A stretch of DNA of 57,311 nucleotides, counting the filler, from Asterionella formosa (Eukaryota): the NCBI GenBank assembly GCA_002256025.1. It is 4 parts of 4 records of this genome, joined end to end, with 100 filler letters (N's around TTAATTAATTAA, not from the genome) between each part and the next. Parts side by side here need not be neighbours in the genome. Positions count along the whole stretch, not along the records: positions 1 to 14,260 come from NKIB01006115.1; positions 14,361 to 28,617 come from NKIB01006124.1; 2 more parts are not named here. The stretch is one strand, 5' to 3'. Position numbers and translations under genes: made by a program. The first letter of the stretch is position 1. Each line of letters opens with the position of its first letter. The notes under the pieces were generated by a model that searched no databases, was not told the DNA's origin, and was given only the letters and a program-made list of their open reading frames with translations. This document shows positions 12,372 through 23,964 of this stretch, in pieces.

Positions 12372-13370
12372 AAAAATTATTATAGCACAAATATTCTTTG
12401 GTGATATAATATATAATATTGTCATTGCGCTCTGATACTTGAATAATTACAAATTACTTATCTGACAGTAAACATAAATTCAAATATAATTTATAGCAGT
12501 TTAAATTGTCAGAGCAATGCATCCTCCTCTTTTGTGCTATGCCTCCTCTTGTTCATTATATTTGTGTCTCATAATTGCACCATTGTCAGCCACTGACCAT
12601 GTCCGCTTTCCTCATCTCATCTTGTCTCATGATTATGATGATGATGACATGATCATCACATTGCTACTGCTAGCAGCATGTGATTTATTGCGCCATTCTT
12701 TAATGAAAGCTTGACTGTTAATGAGGTCAGAAGAAGAAGCAGCAGCAGAATCCGGCGCTGCATACTACAGCATCACATTGTGTTGGTTCAATCATGCTTT
12801 CTTTGAGCTCCTCCTACACCAGCTATTCAAGCCTTATTTTGATTCCTTTACTCCCTTTAGGAAAAAATGGAATTCATTGTCAGGAATTCAACAGCAAAAT
12901 CCGGTCGGCCCAGACTCTTGTGTTCCATCAGTTGTCTGGCACTTGGGCTGGCATGGACTAGAACTTGTGGATCCTATATGATTCTTCAGATTAATTTCGG
13001 CTTAACTTACGGTTCCTTGAGCATTCGGTTGAAGTCTTCCAGGCTGATGATTGCCAAAGTGCTGCTGGCCTATAAAAATGTCATTGTTCATCTATCCACT
13101 GCAGGTAAAACCACTTTATTTGCATCAATGATTCAGCAGAAGTATTCTCCCTTTGATAAAGAACTGTTGGGGAGCAATGGATGGTCTGAAACTCGGTCTG
13201 CAACAAACTGAAATGAAACACAACAGAATAATTGCTACAATGGGTGGACTCATGAACACTACATCACAAACTTGTGTCTTTTTTCTCCTGTTGGAAAAAT
13301 TCGTTGCTCGTATTTCAATGCACCTGGTGTTCTCCATTACTCAACATTGGCCATGTTGTCCTCTATACAT
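12372..13370 (+). mobile_element. Degenerate, internally deleted PIF/Harbinger-group transposase copy
   Basis: Colinear with about 35790-36850 (CSISCLALGLAWTRT.GSYMILQI.FG, WGAMDGL, CSYFNAPGVLH). Multiple frameshifts, 3'-truncated. Confidence 0.85.
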
Positions 13371-13501
13371 GGAGCAAGGGATTGTGCAGGATTTCCAAAG
13401 TGCACTATTATTCTAGTCCACAACCCTAGTAAACAAGCTTACGACCTTAAAATGAATCAGATACTGCAATAGCACTAAATTTATACGTGTTCCAACAGGT
13501 C

Positions 13502-13810
13502 AGTGGAATGCTGTGAACAGATGGCATGATATAAAGTTGCTACTACGACACTCTGGGAAATGAAGTGAAGGATCCATCAATACTGAAGAAAAACTGCTTT
13601 TACCCAGCACTCTTTGACGGAAAACCTAGTCCACAATCTCATGAGCATAGACTAAAACAGAAATTTCAACAGCAATAAATGTATCACTATTCCGATAGAT
13701 TAGTGGAATGCTGTGAAAAGATGCCATCATAATGTCGCTGCCCAAAAACTCAGGAGAACGAGCTTAGGGATCAATCAATACAGAAGAAAATATACGTTAA
13801 CCCAGCTCAG
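13502..13810. repeat. Two diverged repeat copies with about 200-bp spacing
   Basis: AGTGGAATGCTGTGAA.AGATG.CAT.AT...CAATAC.GAAGAAAA...ACCCAGC begins at 13502 and at 13702. Confidence 0.7.
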
Positions 13811-14260
13811 CTTGAAGTCACACTATTGCGAAGGGCACACGAATTTGGATGAAAATGCATTGGAACCTTTCGTAGAGCTCGACCAAAAAACAATCATTTA
13901 TGTTGTGGACCTTGCATTGGCAACAAAATTATCATCCTGGATTTGAATGACTGACAACTTCCAGTTCAGGGTGTGCCAAGAAATTTTCAAAGTTTTCAGT
14001 TGTATGGAACACGAATGATTTTTCATAGTTTCCTGTAACACCTTTGCAGTGGTGCTGCTTGAAGTGTGTTGCTACTTCGTTCAGGGCATCAATCATGGTA
14101 CATAAGGCATAGGAATTGTAAATGATTCCATTGGGATTATTTCTTGCCGTGTAATTTTCCATCTCTTGCAAGTTTGGATAAATATACCAATCATATCTGC
14201 TTCCCACATCCCGGGGAGGCACACGAAGCATGGGTGCCGCACAAGTGAAGAAATCTTCTG

Positions 14261-14360
14261 NNNNNNNNNNNNNNNNNNNNNNNNNNNNNNNNNNNNNNNN
14301 NNNNTTAATTAATTAANNNNNNNNNNNNNNNNNNNNNNNNNNNNNNNNNNNNNNNNNNNN
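14261..14360. other. Assembly gap with artificial TTAATTAATTAA linker
   Basis: N-run, linker, N-run totalling 100 nt. The same structure occurs at 28618-28717 and 42972-43071. Confidence 0.97.
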
Positions 14361-15195
14361 AATTCCCTGGAATTAAGAATTTAATTAGCTATTTTTGAAT
14401 GACGTGATTCCATTTGAAATATTTGAATCAGTGGAAATTTGCGAATACGTACATAGATTCCTTGTCAAAATCGCTCAATATATATATAAACACTCTCAGT
14501 CGCTGAATATATATATATGCTAAAAATACGATCAGCATGTATGCATGGACACTCTATACTCCGATTCACGATTTTATATGCTATGCATTGAATCCGTTCG
14601 ACATATTCAAATCGTTTGATATAACATACATAGATATATATATATAGGTTCTACATCGCTTGATGTGCATACACCACTACTAAAATGTATACTCCTATCG
14701 ACGAATATGGGTCATGTATACGACCCGGCGGCCCGGCAAACATTTGAAAGTGCACCCAAGGAGCGGTACGCGTACCGGTATGTCCAATGATGATCATCTA
14801 CTGGTACCCGTCGTGAATATAGCACCGGACTGTCAGTACACCCAAGAAAATGTTACATGTTAATCCAATGTGGCCAGCGTGGGTTTGCATGACCTCGCAA
14901 ACCAGGCCAATTAAACAGAGGAATGTACTTCATGCTCACCAATCATATTATATATGTGGGAGCGGGTACTTACAATGGAATTTTTTGACAGGAGATTTTA
15001 GGACTAAAAATTCCGGCACACGACTGCCATTCCAATCATGACGTTTCGGCACTTAATAATTCTGATTCCGATATTTTGGCGACCGTAGGAAAGGCCGATT
15101 TTGTCGAGTTTTTGGACGACGATAGCTAAACGTTGGCTGGGTCTGAAGGCGATTTAGATACATAGGTAACTTTCAAACAGCATCAGCATATAACT

Positions 15196-15324
15196 TCTGG
15201 TGAGAAACTGCAGAAAGGAACTTCGGTTTTTTTACTATGCCAAAAAAACAGATTTCCCCCGAAATTTCGAGTCTTTTTAGCCTAGTTAAAAAACCGAAGT
15301 TCCTTTCTGCAGTTTCTGACCAGA
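15196..15324. repeat. Foldback or MITE-like inverted repeat with arms of about 42 bp
   Basis: TCTGGTGAGAAACTGCAGAAAGGAACTTCGGTTTTTT pairs with AAAAAACCGAAGTTCCTTTCTGCAGTTTCTGACCAGA across a spacer of about 45 bp. Confidence 0.85.
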
Positions 15325-16922
15325 TCCTATATACTGACGATATATAGAGTGAACCTACACCCCTACTTTGTCCGAAGACTGTATTTAAGCATATGGAAAG
15401 GGTGTGTATTGGTGAAAGCTCCGTTGAGCGTTATACATATTTAATTTGTATGTGAAAAGTATGTGTTTGATTAGTCTGACTCAATATTATTTTATTAACC
15501 CTACCTCGAGCTAGGGGTTCAAATGCAGCAACCTTAAGCAAAATGACCGCAACTTGCTCGTACCTGGTACCAGTACCAGGAAACCAGCTACCTGGTACTG
15601 TGTTCTTCAAAACAACACCTGATTTTTGGTACCAGGTACCTGGTACAGGTTCGCTCCCTTGTTTTCGTGGATGATAGATTTCATGACTACCGGTGCGCAC
15701 CGGAACCAGGGGCCAGGTACCGATCGGTACCTGGTACCCTGGTGGTGCAAACATAAAAATGACAAATATTTGTTTTAGTCTACCGGTACCTGGTAAATCA
15801 CAACCCAGTACTGGTACCAGGTATGTTGGAGCAAAATCAGGGTCAGGTGCATAGTACGAAATGCGGTAACATTCGTTGTACTCCTGCAATGGAGTACCAG
15901 GTGTAGCAGTCGTGAACCCTGTGGTGGTGTCAAAAAAGCAGCCGGTTTATACAGATATTTACATACCGGCACTTTTTACATGATAGATGAGCATTAATTT
16001 TTTTCTGTGGCTCCGACATTTGCTACACCACATGTAACATAGATGCCACCTCCAGGTACATCGTACCAGGGGTACCAGTACTACACTCTTGAAATATGCG
16101 AGAAGTTGCATATTTGAGAAAATGTCGCTCGCTGTTTAATTATTAAACATATATTATATTTTGCAAAAAAAAGAGGACGGTGCTTCCCTAGAAATCCAGC
16201 TCAAGCGGTAGTGTAAGAACGGCTGTTACACAATACCCGTACGTACCGGTGTACCTGGTACCGGTAGTTTGTTACAATCTGTACATAAGCTTTTATTTTC
16301 TCACTAAAAACGCTTCCAGGTAGAGGGAATACTGTCGTCCTGGTACAAGGGTACCGAACACTAACTCTTCATGTAGCGACCGTATTACCTGGTACCGGTA
16401 CCAGGTACTACATATGAAAATAATAACAACATCTAAGTTTTATTTCGTTTCACAACATCACTCTCCTGCAATCTTGTTTGCTATAGGGCCCGATTGGACA
16501 TTTACGTTGGAAATAATTAATTAGTTCCCGAGGCGCATCAAAACTTTTTGTCGGAGTCAAGACCATCAAATAGTGCCCTTTCGAAATTTGTAAGTATTTG
16601 TCACAGCTTTATGGGCAACTGCATTCAGGGTGAGATAGTGTCTACAACCAAAATGACTTAACGGATTTCCTTTAAGTAAGAAGACCATAGTAATTCTGGT
16701 TCAAAGACATTCCAATTTGGAGGCAAAAATCATTCTCACAAAACGAGTCGACAAATCTTTTTTCTGTCGTGTTCGTCGTCGCGACGGGGTAACAAAATCA
16801 CGAACAACGAGTGTCTAGTTATCAGTAACATCGACCTTCACGAAGCTAGATAGTAGCCTATGATTCTCAGAGGAGCTTGGAGTGTATTTCAATCTACATA
16901 TTGACTAAAAGCGAAGAATAAC

Positions 16923-18452
16923 ATGGACTGTAGTCTATGCGGAAAATCGTCGCTCCCTGAGCTAATATTTGGTAGTTCACACGATACATTGGATTTTCGT
17001 GCGTTTCGAAGCAACGAAAAAAGGTGTCATACGCCAATTCTGCCATGTTACTGTAGTATGGTATCCTTGAAAGTTGAGCTACTCGAACACGCTGACTGCT
17101 CATCAATCTCCTCTATTTCCGCTTGCGATTCGTCGATTGAAGGTACAATTTTTTCTGTCGAGGACACGGAGACAATGCCGAGAGAGAGTGAACTACCAAC
17201 ATTATTTGAGGGCAGCATTCCACAATCACTGTGGCCTCGATATTCATCTTCCACTGTAGTGTCGAGAGACACCCCTTTCTCGTCCATTCTGGGAGATGAA
17301 CCTGCTTGCTTTGACACAAGTGATGATGATTGCATGAGCATGTGCTCATGCGTTCCTAGTCAAGTTAATGAACTAATTGTGGCGCGCGTACATTCATGCT
17401 TCGGGCAACATTCTATCTATTCCATACATTCTCAGAGACCTTTTTCGAATGTACCTGACGAAATAATCTGCAATGTTGCGTCTTTTCTCGACATCTCTAG
17501 CTTGATCCATTCGTTTATTGGAGTTTCTTCGAGGTTCAAGGAGCTTGCCATCCGCAACGAAGCTGGTTGGGAAGGCCATTGCTTGAGACTCTGGTCGTCA
17601 AAAGCTCATGTACCCGAATGGGCACGCGCTTTGTTTGCAATACGAGGTGGTGCTATCCATGCTTACCGCCTAACGCTTCACGATGCGGTTATACGTCAGG
17701 AAATTGAAGAAGATGAGCTTTGCTTCGACCCAAGACTAGGCACAGGTTTCGTTTGGGATTTCCGTTTCAAAGAGAACGCCGGAACTCAATGGACACAGTA
17801 TGATCCATGGTTTTCCGGTGGTACAGCTAGAAAGATGGTATTTTTGAAGGATGGCACCGTTAAACAACTGGAGTACGGTCTACACGAGACTCGTTTCACT
17901 CTTCTTCCACCGTTTTCCACAGGCTTTGAAGCTGACGGCAGAGAAGCCCCAGCATCACTTGATTTCAAATGGCGCTTTATTCAACGGCCAATGGATCTAC
18001 CGGCTCGGCGAATCGGTGCTTACATCCGACTCACAGTGGATGGACGTGACGTCCCCACCTACGTCGTTCATCGTTCTCCAACAGGGGATTGGGGTTTTGT
18101 AATGGAAAGTTGCTGGGGCGTGTATTCATCGACGTCGTTTCCACCGAAGCAGCAAAATGAATCCACATTTTTCCAGCATCATAACGGGTCACGAATGCGA
18201 ATGCGGCAAAGCCTCGAAATGGACCGTTGGTTTGATGTCGACGTATCTGACAGTGAGAGTGACGGTGAAATCCCGAGGGACCGACACTATGCAGGCAATG
18301 CATCTTTCAACGTTTCAACACGACGGCAGTGGAGAGAAGCTCTTCTTTACAACTCGGGATGTAACAGGTTGCCAGAAGGGGATGGCGCAACAGAAGAATT
18401 TGATCGTGTGTGGAACCAATCAATTCGTGTCGCACGCCGAACGAATGTATGA
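16923..18452 (+). CDS. F-box-like domain protein (509 aa, single exon)
   Basis: Long intact ORF. PFSNVPDEIICNVASFLDISSLIHSFIGVSSRFKELA matches the F-box consensus. The N-terminus is Ser-rich and the C-terminal domain is unrecognised. The start codon is uncertain. Confidence 0.75.
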   Translation: MDCSLCGKSSLPELIFGSSHDTLDFRAFRSNEKRCHTPILPCYCSMVSLKVELLEHADCSSISSISACDSSIEGTIFSVEDTETMPRESELPTLFEGSIPQSLWPRYSSSTVVSRDTPFSSILGDEPACFDTSDDDCMSMCSCVPSQVNELIVARVHSCFGQHSIYSIHSQRPFSNVPDEIICNVASFLDISSLIHSFIGVSSRFKELAIRNEAGWEGHCLRLWSSKAHVPEWARALFAIRGGAIHAYRLTLHDAVIRQEIEEDELCFDPRLGTGFVWDFRFKENAGTQWTQYDPWFSGGTARKMVFLKDGTVKQLEYGLHETRFTLLPPFSTGFEADGREAPASLDFKWRFIQRPMDLPARRIGAYIRLTVDGRDVPTYVVHRSPTGDWGFVMESCWGVYSSTSFPPKQQNESTFFQHHNGSRMRMRQSLEMDRWFDVDVSDSESDGEIPRDRHYAGNASFNVSTRRQWREALLYNSGCNRLPEGDGATEEFDRVWNQSIRVARRTNV

Positions 18453-18644
18453 TAGAAATGGCCGACTTGCAGAAATAAAGCACATGGTGAAAGTTGGTCG
18501 GAGGCTGACCTATATTCTCCCCGCTAGAATCCACATGTAATATGCATGGCATAGCGAGTCAGATTCGACCTGAATTCAATTCTTTTTCCTAATGTTAAAT
18601 CTAAGTAAGACAGCTGATGCAATACGTAAACAACTGCAACGAAT

Positions 18645-20276
18645 TTAGTTGCAACCCCTAGATTGAGCAAAGACATAATCGAATTGATGAATCCATCCGT
18701 TGGCGGCAAATTTGATTCCAGCTTCAACAGGTAAGGCCTCGTGACTGGTCCGAATATCATCATTCATGGGATCGGAATCAAAAACGCTAGGCCATAACAA
18801 TGCGCGACCGGCCTTTGGCAAGATGGTCAAGTCCATCCTAGGGAATCTGGTTCCACCTCCCGCCTCAACGTCACTCAAGTAGAGAAAAAGAGTGAGAATT
18901 CGGGGGCCACATTGACGATCCCTTTGATGAAGAATGTAGTCATGATGAGTTTCATAGAACTGTCCCTTTTCGTACTTGAGGATCTGAAGATCCTCACTAT
19001 TTTGAGAAGGAATTCCCAGGACCCTCTCGAATCGATCCATGATCCTTTGAACAACTTCTTTTTGCCTGCAACCCTGGAGAGTGGAGCACCACGCATTTTC
19101 AGAAGTTCGACCTATAGATTCATATCCGTCAAAACTTCCATCAAACTTGACGTTTCCAACATCCTGGGAGCGTTTGTAGCCACTTTCGTAGCCAATATCA
19201 ATCAGGGCTTGGCATTCATCGGGTGTCAAGAAGTTATCGAATGTAACCACCCATGGCGGGAGAGAACGGTCTAGAATGGGACTGACCTCAATTGCAGGAG
19301 AGTGGCTGGGTCTAGAGTGGACATTGACTGTATATTCAGTCATGTTCAGCTCCTGCAGCTCTCGGCGTTCCTCATCGGTCAAAGTGCGGTTTCCTGGAGC
19401 GGCCTTGATGATACGCTCGAACATTTTGTTGAGGTCACCAGGCTTAAGCGCGGGGACAGCATCAGGTAACTTCGGGCAGCGTGTATCCATGTTGATCAAG
19501 TGGCAAGTCTTACAAGAAGGAGCACAGTTGGTGGTCATGTACGCTTGGTTTTTCTCGCACTCACCAATAGTTGCCCAGAAGGCACAGAGGGCATTTCGGT
19601 TCAGACATAACTTCATGGTTTCATCTAGAAGATTTTCGACCCCATTTTTCATGTAATCAATCGATTCCCTTACGACTTGAAAAGTCATACTAGCTTCAGA
19701 TTTACTACCACCAACTTGTTGCCTTTCCCCAAAATCTTGAGCCTGCTCGAGGAAGGACTCCAGGCCTTCCAAGGCGTCGTTATTGCGTACGATCGGCTGA
19801 GTTTGCTCCAGCTTCTCACAAGTTCCGCAACTCTTGGCGCAGTATTTGTGCATGTATACGGGATTAGCTGCACACTCTCCCTTGCTTGCCCAGAATAAAC
19901 ATTTTTCGTCGCTGTCAATGCAACGAACAGCCGTCGCGTCAGCACTCTTCTCGCTACAGATTCCGCAAGACTTTGCACAGTACATGTTCATATTTACAGC
20001 ATTGTCCTCGCATTCTCCGACAGAGGCCCAAACAGGACAACTGTCGTGATGATCGTGGCATTCAGGGTCAGCGAGATCGACTCTCTCGTCCTCAAAGCAA
20101 CTTGCTGGACAATGTTTCGCCATGTAATCGGCATTCTTAAAGCACTCTCCTTCTCCTTTCCAGAAAGGACAACGCTCGTGGGTGTCACAGAGCTTTCCGT
20201 CTGCAGTGCACTCTTGTGAGATAGCGATTCTGCTAAGCAGAAGAACCGACAAGGCCGTTCGGAGGATGGAGACCAT
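18645..20276 (-). CDS. Secreted prolyl 4-hydroxylase (2OG-Fe(II) oxygenase) with four ShKT domains
   Basis: Signal peptide MVSILRTALSVLLLSRIAIS; four C.D....C..WA..GEC..N..YM...C..SC modules; catalytic motifs RTSENAW, LQILKYEKGQFYETHHD, RILTLFLYLSDVEAGGGTRFP and HEALPVEAGIKFAANGW. Confidence 0.93.
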   Translation of the reverse strand: MVSILRTALSVLLLSRIAISQECTADGKLCDTHERCPFWKGEGECFKNADYMAKHCPASCFEDERVDLADPECHDHHDSCPVWASVGECEDNAVNMNMYCAKSCGICSEKSADATAVRCIDSDEKCLFWASKGECAANPVYMHKYCAKSCGTCEKLEQTQPIVRNNDALEGLESFLEQAQDFGERQQVGGSKSEASMTFQVVRESIDYMKNGVENLLDETMKLCLNRNALCAFWATIGECEKNQAYMTTNCAPSCKTCHLINMDTRCPKLPDAVPALKPGDLNKMFERIIKAAPGNRTLTDEERRELQELNMTEYTVNVHSRPSHSPAIEVSPILDRSLPPWVVTFDNFLTPDECQALIDIGYESGYKRSQDVGNVKFDGSFDGYESIGRTSENAWCSTLQGCRQKEVVQRIMDRFERVLGIPSQNSEDLQILKYEKGQFYETHHDYILHQRDRQCGPRILTLFLYLSDVEAGGGTRFPRMDLTILPKAGRALLWPSVFDSDPMNDDIRTSHEALPVEAGIKFAANGWIHQFDYVFAQSRGCN

Positions 20277-20854
20277 GGCAGAGTAGAAAGAGTTAGAAAG
20301 TGTATATTTTGTATTGGTAGGTTAGATTGTAAATTGAATATGGGTAATATCCATTCAAAAATGTATTCTAGCAGGTTGCGTATGTAGGCAGACCTACGAG
20401 ATTGCTCTTCCGTTGGCGAGGAGGATTCCTCGTCCACGTGCCCGAGTACTAAAGAAATATCGTAAGCCTCACCACTACCGGTACATCATTTAGCTATGTG
20501 CACGCGATGATTCTCATTGCCAATGTGGTATGGCAGCCTCTGCCAGCCCCTTGGATGCTGTAAATTCATTTCCTCTTATTAAATAAGGGAGACAAGAAGG
20601 TTCGATGGCATGTAATTTGTGTTACTTCTAAAAATGCAAAGTTGATTCAAGGTTTTGTCAAGGAGGTTTGGGCATTGACAAAGTTTCGACACATTCAACT
20701 GCTACAAAGTTTTCTTGAGAAAGTAGCCACGTCCATGAAGGTGGTGACATCTATTGTTGAAAACAATACAATGATACAAATCAAAGGTGTAAGTTCCACC
20801 AATTTTTTTCTTGAATTTGTCGTTTCTTCCCGATAGTTTCTTTGGGACAAAGAA

Positions 20855-21680
20855 TTGTCCGTTTCTGGACATCAGAACCTCCCAGAGATTTTGGGCCAAG
20901 TCAGAACAGATCGCAAGACTAAGGCAATTATCAAGAAAGCTTTTAAAATCAGGAACCGCCTTGAAGACTGTTATAAAAAGATGACCGGCAGGGTAATGTC
21001 ATTGATTGCATATGGCGGATTCACCGATGGAATGAAGATCTTGGATACTACATCCCACTACAACGTTAGCTAGCATGTTTTGGCAATTGTTGTCAATGTG
21101 CATTCCAGGTGCTGTCCCGCAACCGGTTATTAGTGAAGAAACTAGTAATGCCAGGATGAGTATGCCTCATACCTGTACATTACTTCACATGTCCCTTGAA
21201 TCAAATGGCAGGCAAGAGCCACATTTCGATTATCAACACAAAGAATTGGATGTAAATGATGTGGAAACATGCCTACCATGGGGATTGGATATGTCGCTAG
21301 GGGATGGTGATTTCTCCTTAAATATTTGGGATGGAGAGTCACTTGAGAACAGGTTTCAGTTGGATTGAAAGGGTAAAGTGGAAGAATGTCAATATGCCAT
21401 GTTTCTAAATGTTCCTTTCAAGTAAATTTACCTCATGTGGGGTGATACAGTCCATGGAGGTGCCCTGTACGATGATCTTACCAATGGAGCTTTGCGACTA
21501 CACATGTACTTGTCACCTGGTGATACTCCAGATAGACACTCAGTTTCGATCACAAAACGAGCTGGGAATGCCATTATCACAAAGGCATATGGAACAAAGT
21601 ATACCCCTCCATCTGTAGTTCCATTCTTGCTTGATTATTATGGCAAACAATGGAATTCACCTTTTTCAAGCCAAGTATTC
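20855..21680 (+). pseudogene. Degenerate 2OG-Fe(II) oxygenase/cupin-like ORF
   Basis: Broken ORFs carry QEPHFDY (HxD), WGDTVHGG (distal H) and LRLHMYL (R), in the order expected for a double-stranded beta-helix dioxygenase. Contains stops and frameshifts. Confidence 0.4.
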
Positions 21681-23964
21681 ATTGTGCTACCTGCCATTAA
21701 GAACTGTGTCTACCTAGTTTTGTTGGTGTACTAGTAGGTGAGTCCCCAAACACCTTTTGCGCAAGGTGATCATCTTAGCCACAGCATTAGGGGAAACTCC
21801 AACCACCTAGGTAGGCGGCACAAGCTGATTGTAGGGGAGGCAAACCCACTATTTCTTGCAGACCAGGCAAGACCATGTGGGACTGGTTAGGAGTGTGAGA
21901 GTCGAACCCAACAATTGCTTCTCAAAAAATGCGGGAATCGCACCACAAAACTTCACATCAATGGCAATGTGCTCAACTGACTAAGCCATTCCCTCATGGG
22001 GCATTGAGATAAAGATAGTGTTTCTCTCATGGAGCACTGAGACAAAGATGGTGTTTCTGAAGCACTCTTGAAATAAACAGAATCACGATGATAGCTGGGC
22101 AAGAAATAACTCACAGACAGATATTCATCAAATCCAAGAAAGTGTGAGTACCTACATGCTATGGTGTGAAATAATTTCAATTCCTTAAACAAAGCACCTT
22201 ATCTATGATTGTGCGTATTCCCGCCTGTTCAGCTAGAGATAAGTAAAACCGTGAGAAAATGGTTCCCGCACATCATTGCAAAGGATATGAAATAACTTGG
22301 AGGTATTATTATTGTGATTTCAATAAATAGCAGTGGCTCAGACAGTGATGTCCCAAAATGTAGGCTATACACACTCATTGCCAAATAATTTAAGTGACGA
22401 GATATATGCCAGCCAGATATATTCAAGAAAATTTGAAAGCATACATCATCACTGAATGATCATATAAATCAAAAAATTACTGTTTTCCTGCAATGCCAAC
22501 TGAATTCAAAGTTGCTTCACCAGGAGTTAAAGCTGTAATTGTTGTTTGTCTCTTTAGTAGTTGCTGATAAGCTGATTAGTCATCCCAAATCTTCTAGAAT
22601 TTGTTGATTTTTTATGCAACTGGCTGGGTAACTTCTTAATAGTAGCTATCAGCAGATATTTATTGAAATGCGCGCTGAATGGAATGATAATTTCTGAATC
22701 ACCCACAACCTTACTAGTACAGCACAGTAATCTGAAGCATATTATCTTTTCTTGCATATACAGGATAGTATTATGCATACTAGCTAGTTTAAACAATACC
22801 CCACTCTGGGTAGCCTTTAAATCTAGAAGAGTACCTGATGGGTCGTTGTCCATATTTTTGTGTAATATATAGATATATGCATAGACTACATTCATAAAAT
22901 ATAAATATGTAACATATGCAACAATTTTTTAAGGCAGGGGCAATCACCCGAGAACACAGATCAAGCTACAAAAATGAAATGAATATTTTCCCTGCCCCTG
23001 TGACTTTCATCATTGCTACTAAATAGATATTTCTGATGAATCTTGAAAGGAGTAATTTGATCTAGTACCAGTAGTTGAAGTGACATTCATCGAGAGTTTA
23101 GCTGATAATTCTAAATAGGTCAATTGTTGCCAGCTAATTATATTGACTGTGAAAATGGGGCTGACATGGCAATATTTGGATAATACTTATTAGTTCAATG
23201 TTGGAATTCATTTCCAGAAGTTCAATTTCCCATGTAAATCTGCAGAAACAGGGGTGTTGCAATCAACTTGCAAATCAGGGCTCTAAGAGGGTTCAGGAAG
23301 CTAGAACTGCCTTCCAATTGCCTTGAAATATTTGTTTGATGAATGACAAAACATACACATGAAACATCTGTTAAAAGCGGAAGCAGAAGACAAAATCAAT
23401 AGTGTGGTTTCATTAGAATGCACCAGTAAGATCAGCAGATTTAGATTGCATCAGATAGTATGACTTTATGCTAGACTTTCAGATCAAGGCTGTATACTGA
23501 TGTATTGATGATATGAACAAGAAGTTCGTATGCTATACAGGACCCTACCAGGGTAAGCACCCTTACGTAGCAACTGTTACTTCAGTATCAGAGAACCGAT
23601 ACCCTTTGGTACCAGTAGTTGAATTCAAGTATGTACACTACCTGATCGTGGCTGGAAATACCGGTAGTTATGGTAGATGCTGAACTACACCTACACATGT
23701 ATGGTCCACATATAACTGGTAGTCTAGTTGAGTATATTCACAAGTTGTAGAATGCATTAGAGGCAAGGTGGGTAGAGTTGCAGTACAGATAAATATCTCC
23801 TGGAAAAAGTATGATACTGATAGCTGAAATATGCACTTGACTATAAGTGTAAAATAGCAGCCAATTGACAGGAAGATGCGTGTAACACGATAGAGAATGA
23901 GCCACTATTATGCATTGATACAACTAGACTCCCAGAAGGAAATGTAGATAGAGGAGATAAACGA

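Noticed and set aside
14261..14360. TTAATTAATTAA palindrome as a biological site (also at 28618-28717 and 42972-43071)
   Set aside because: Identical N-linker-N structure three times with stops in all frames, so it is a scaffolding artefact. ORFs running into these gaps have artificial ends.
15431..15889. 152-aa ORF rich in VPGTWY-like words (similar ORFs at 27267-27551 and 27941-28123)
   Set aside because: Translation by-product of the GGTACC palindromic tracts, with no domain signal.
17048..20437. Numerous short antisense or alternate-frame ORFs overlapping the F-box and P4H genes (likewise for the PIP kinase, MFS and PGM genes)
   Set aside because: Shadow ORFs of real coding sequence with no independent motifs.
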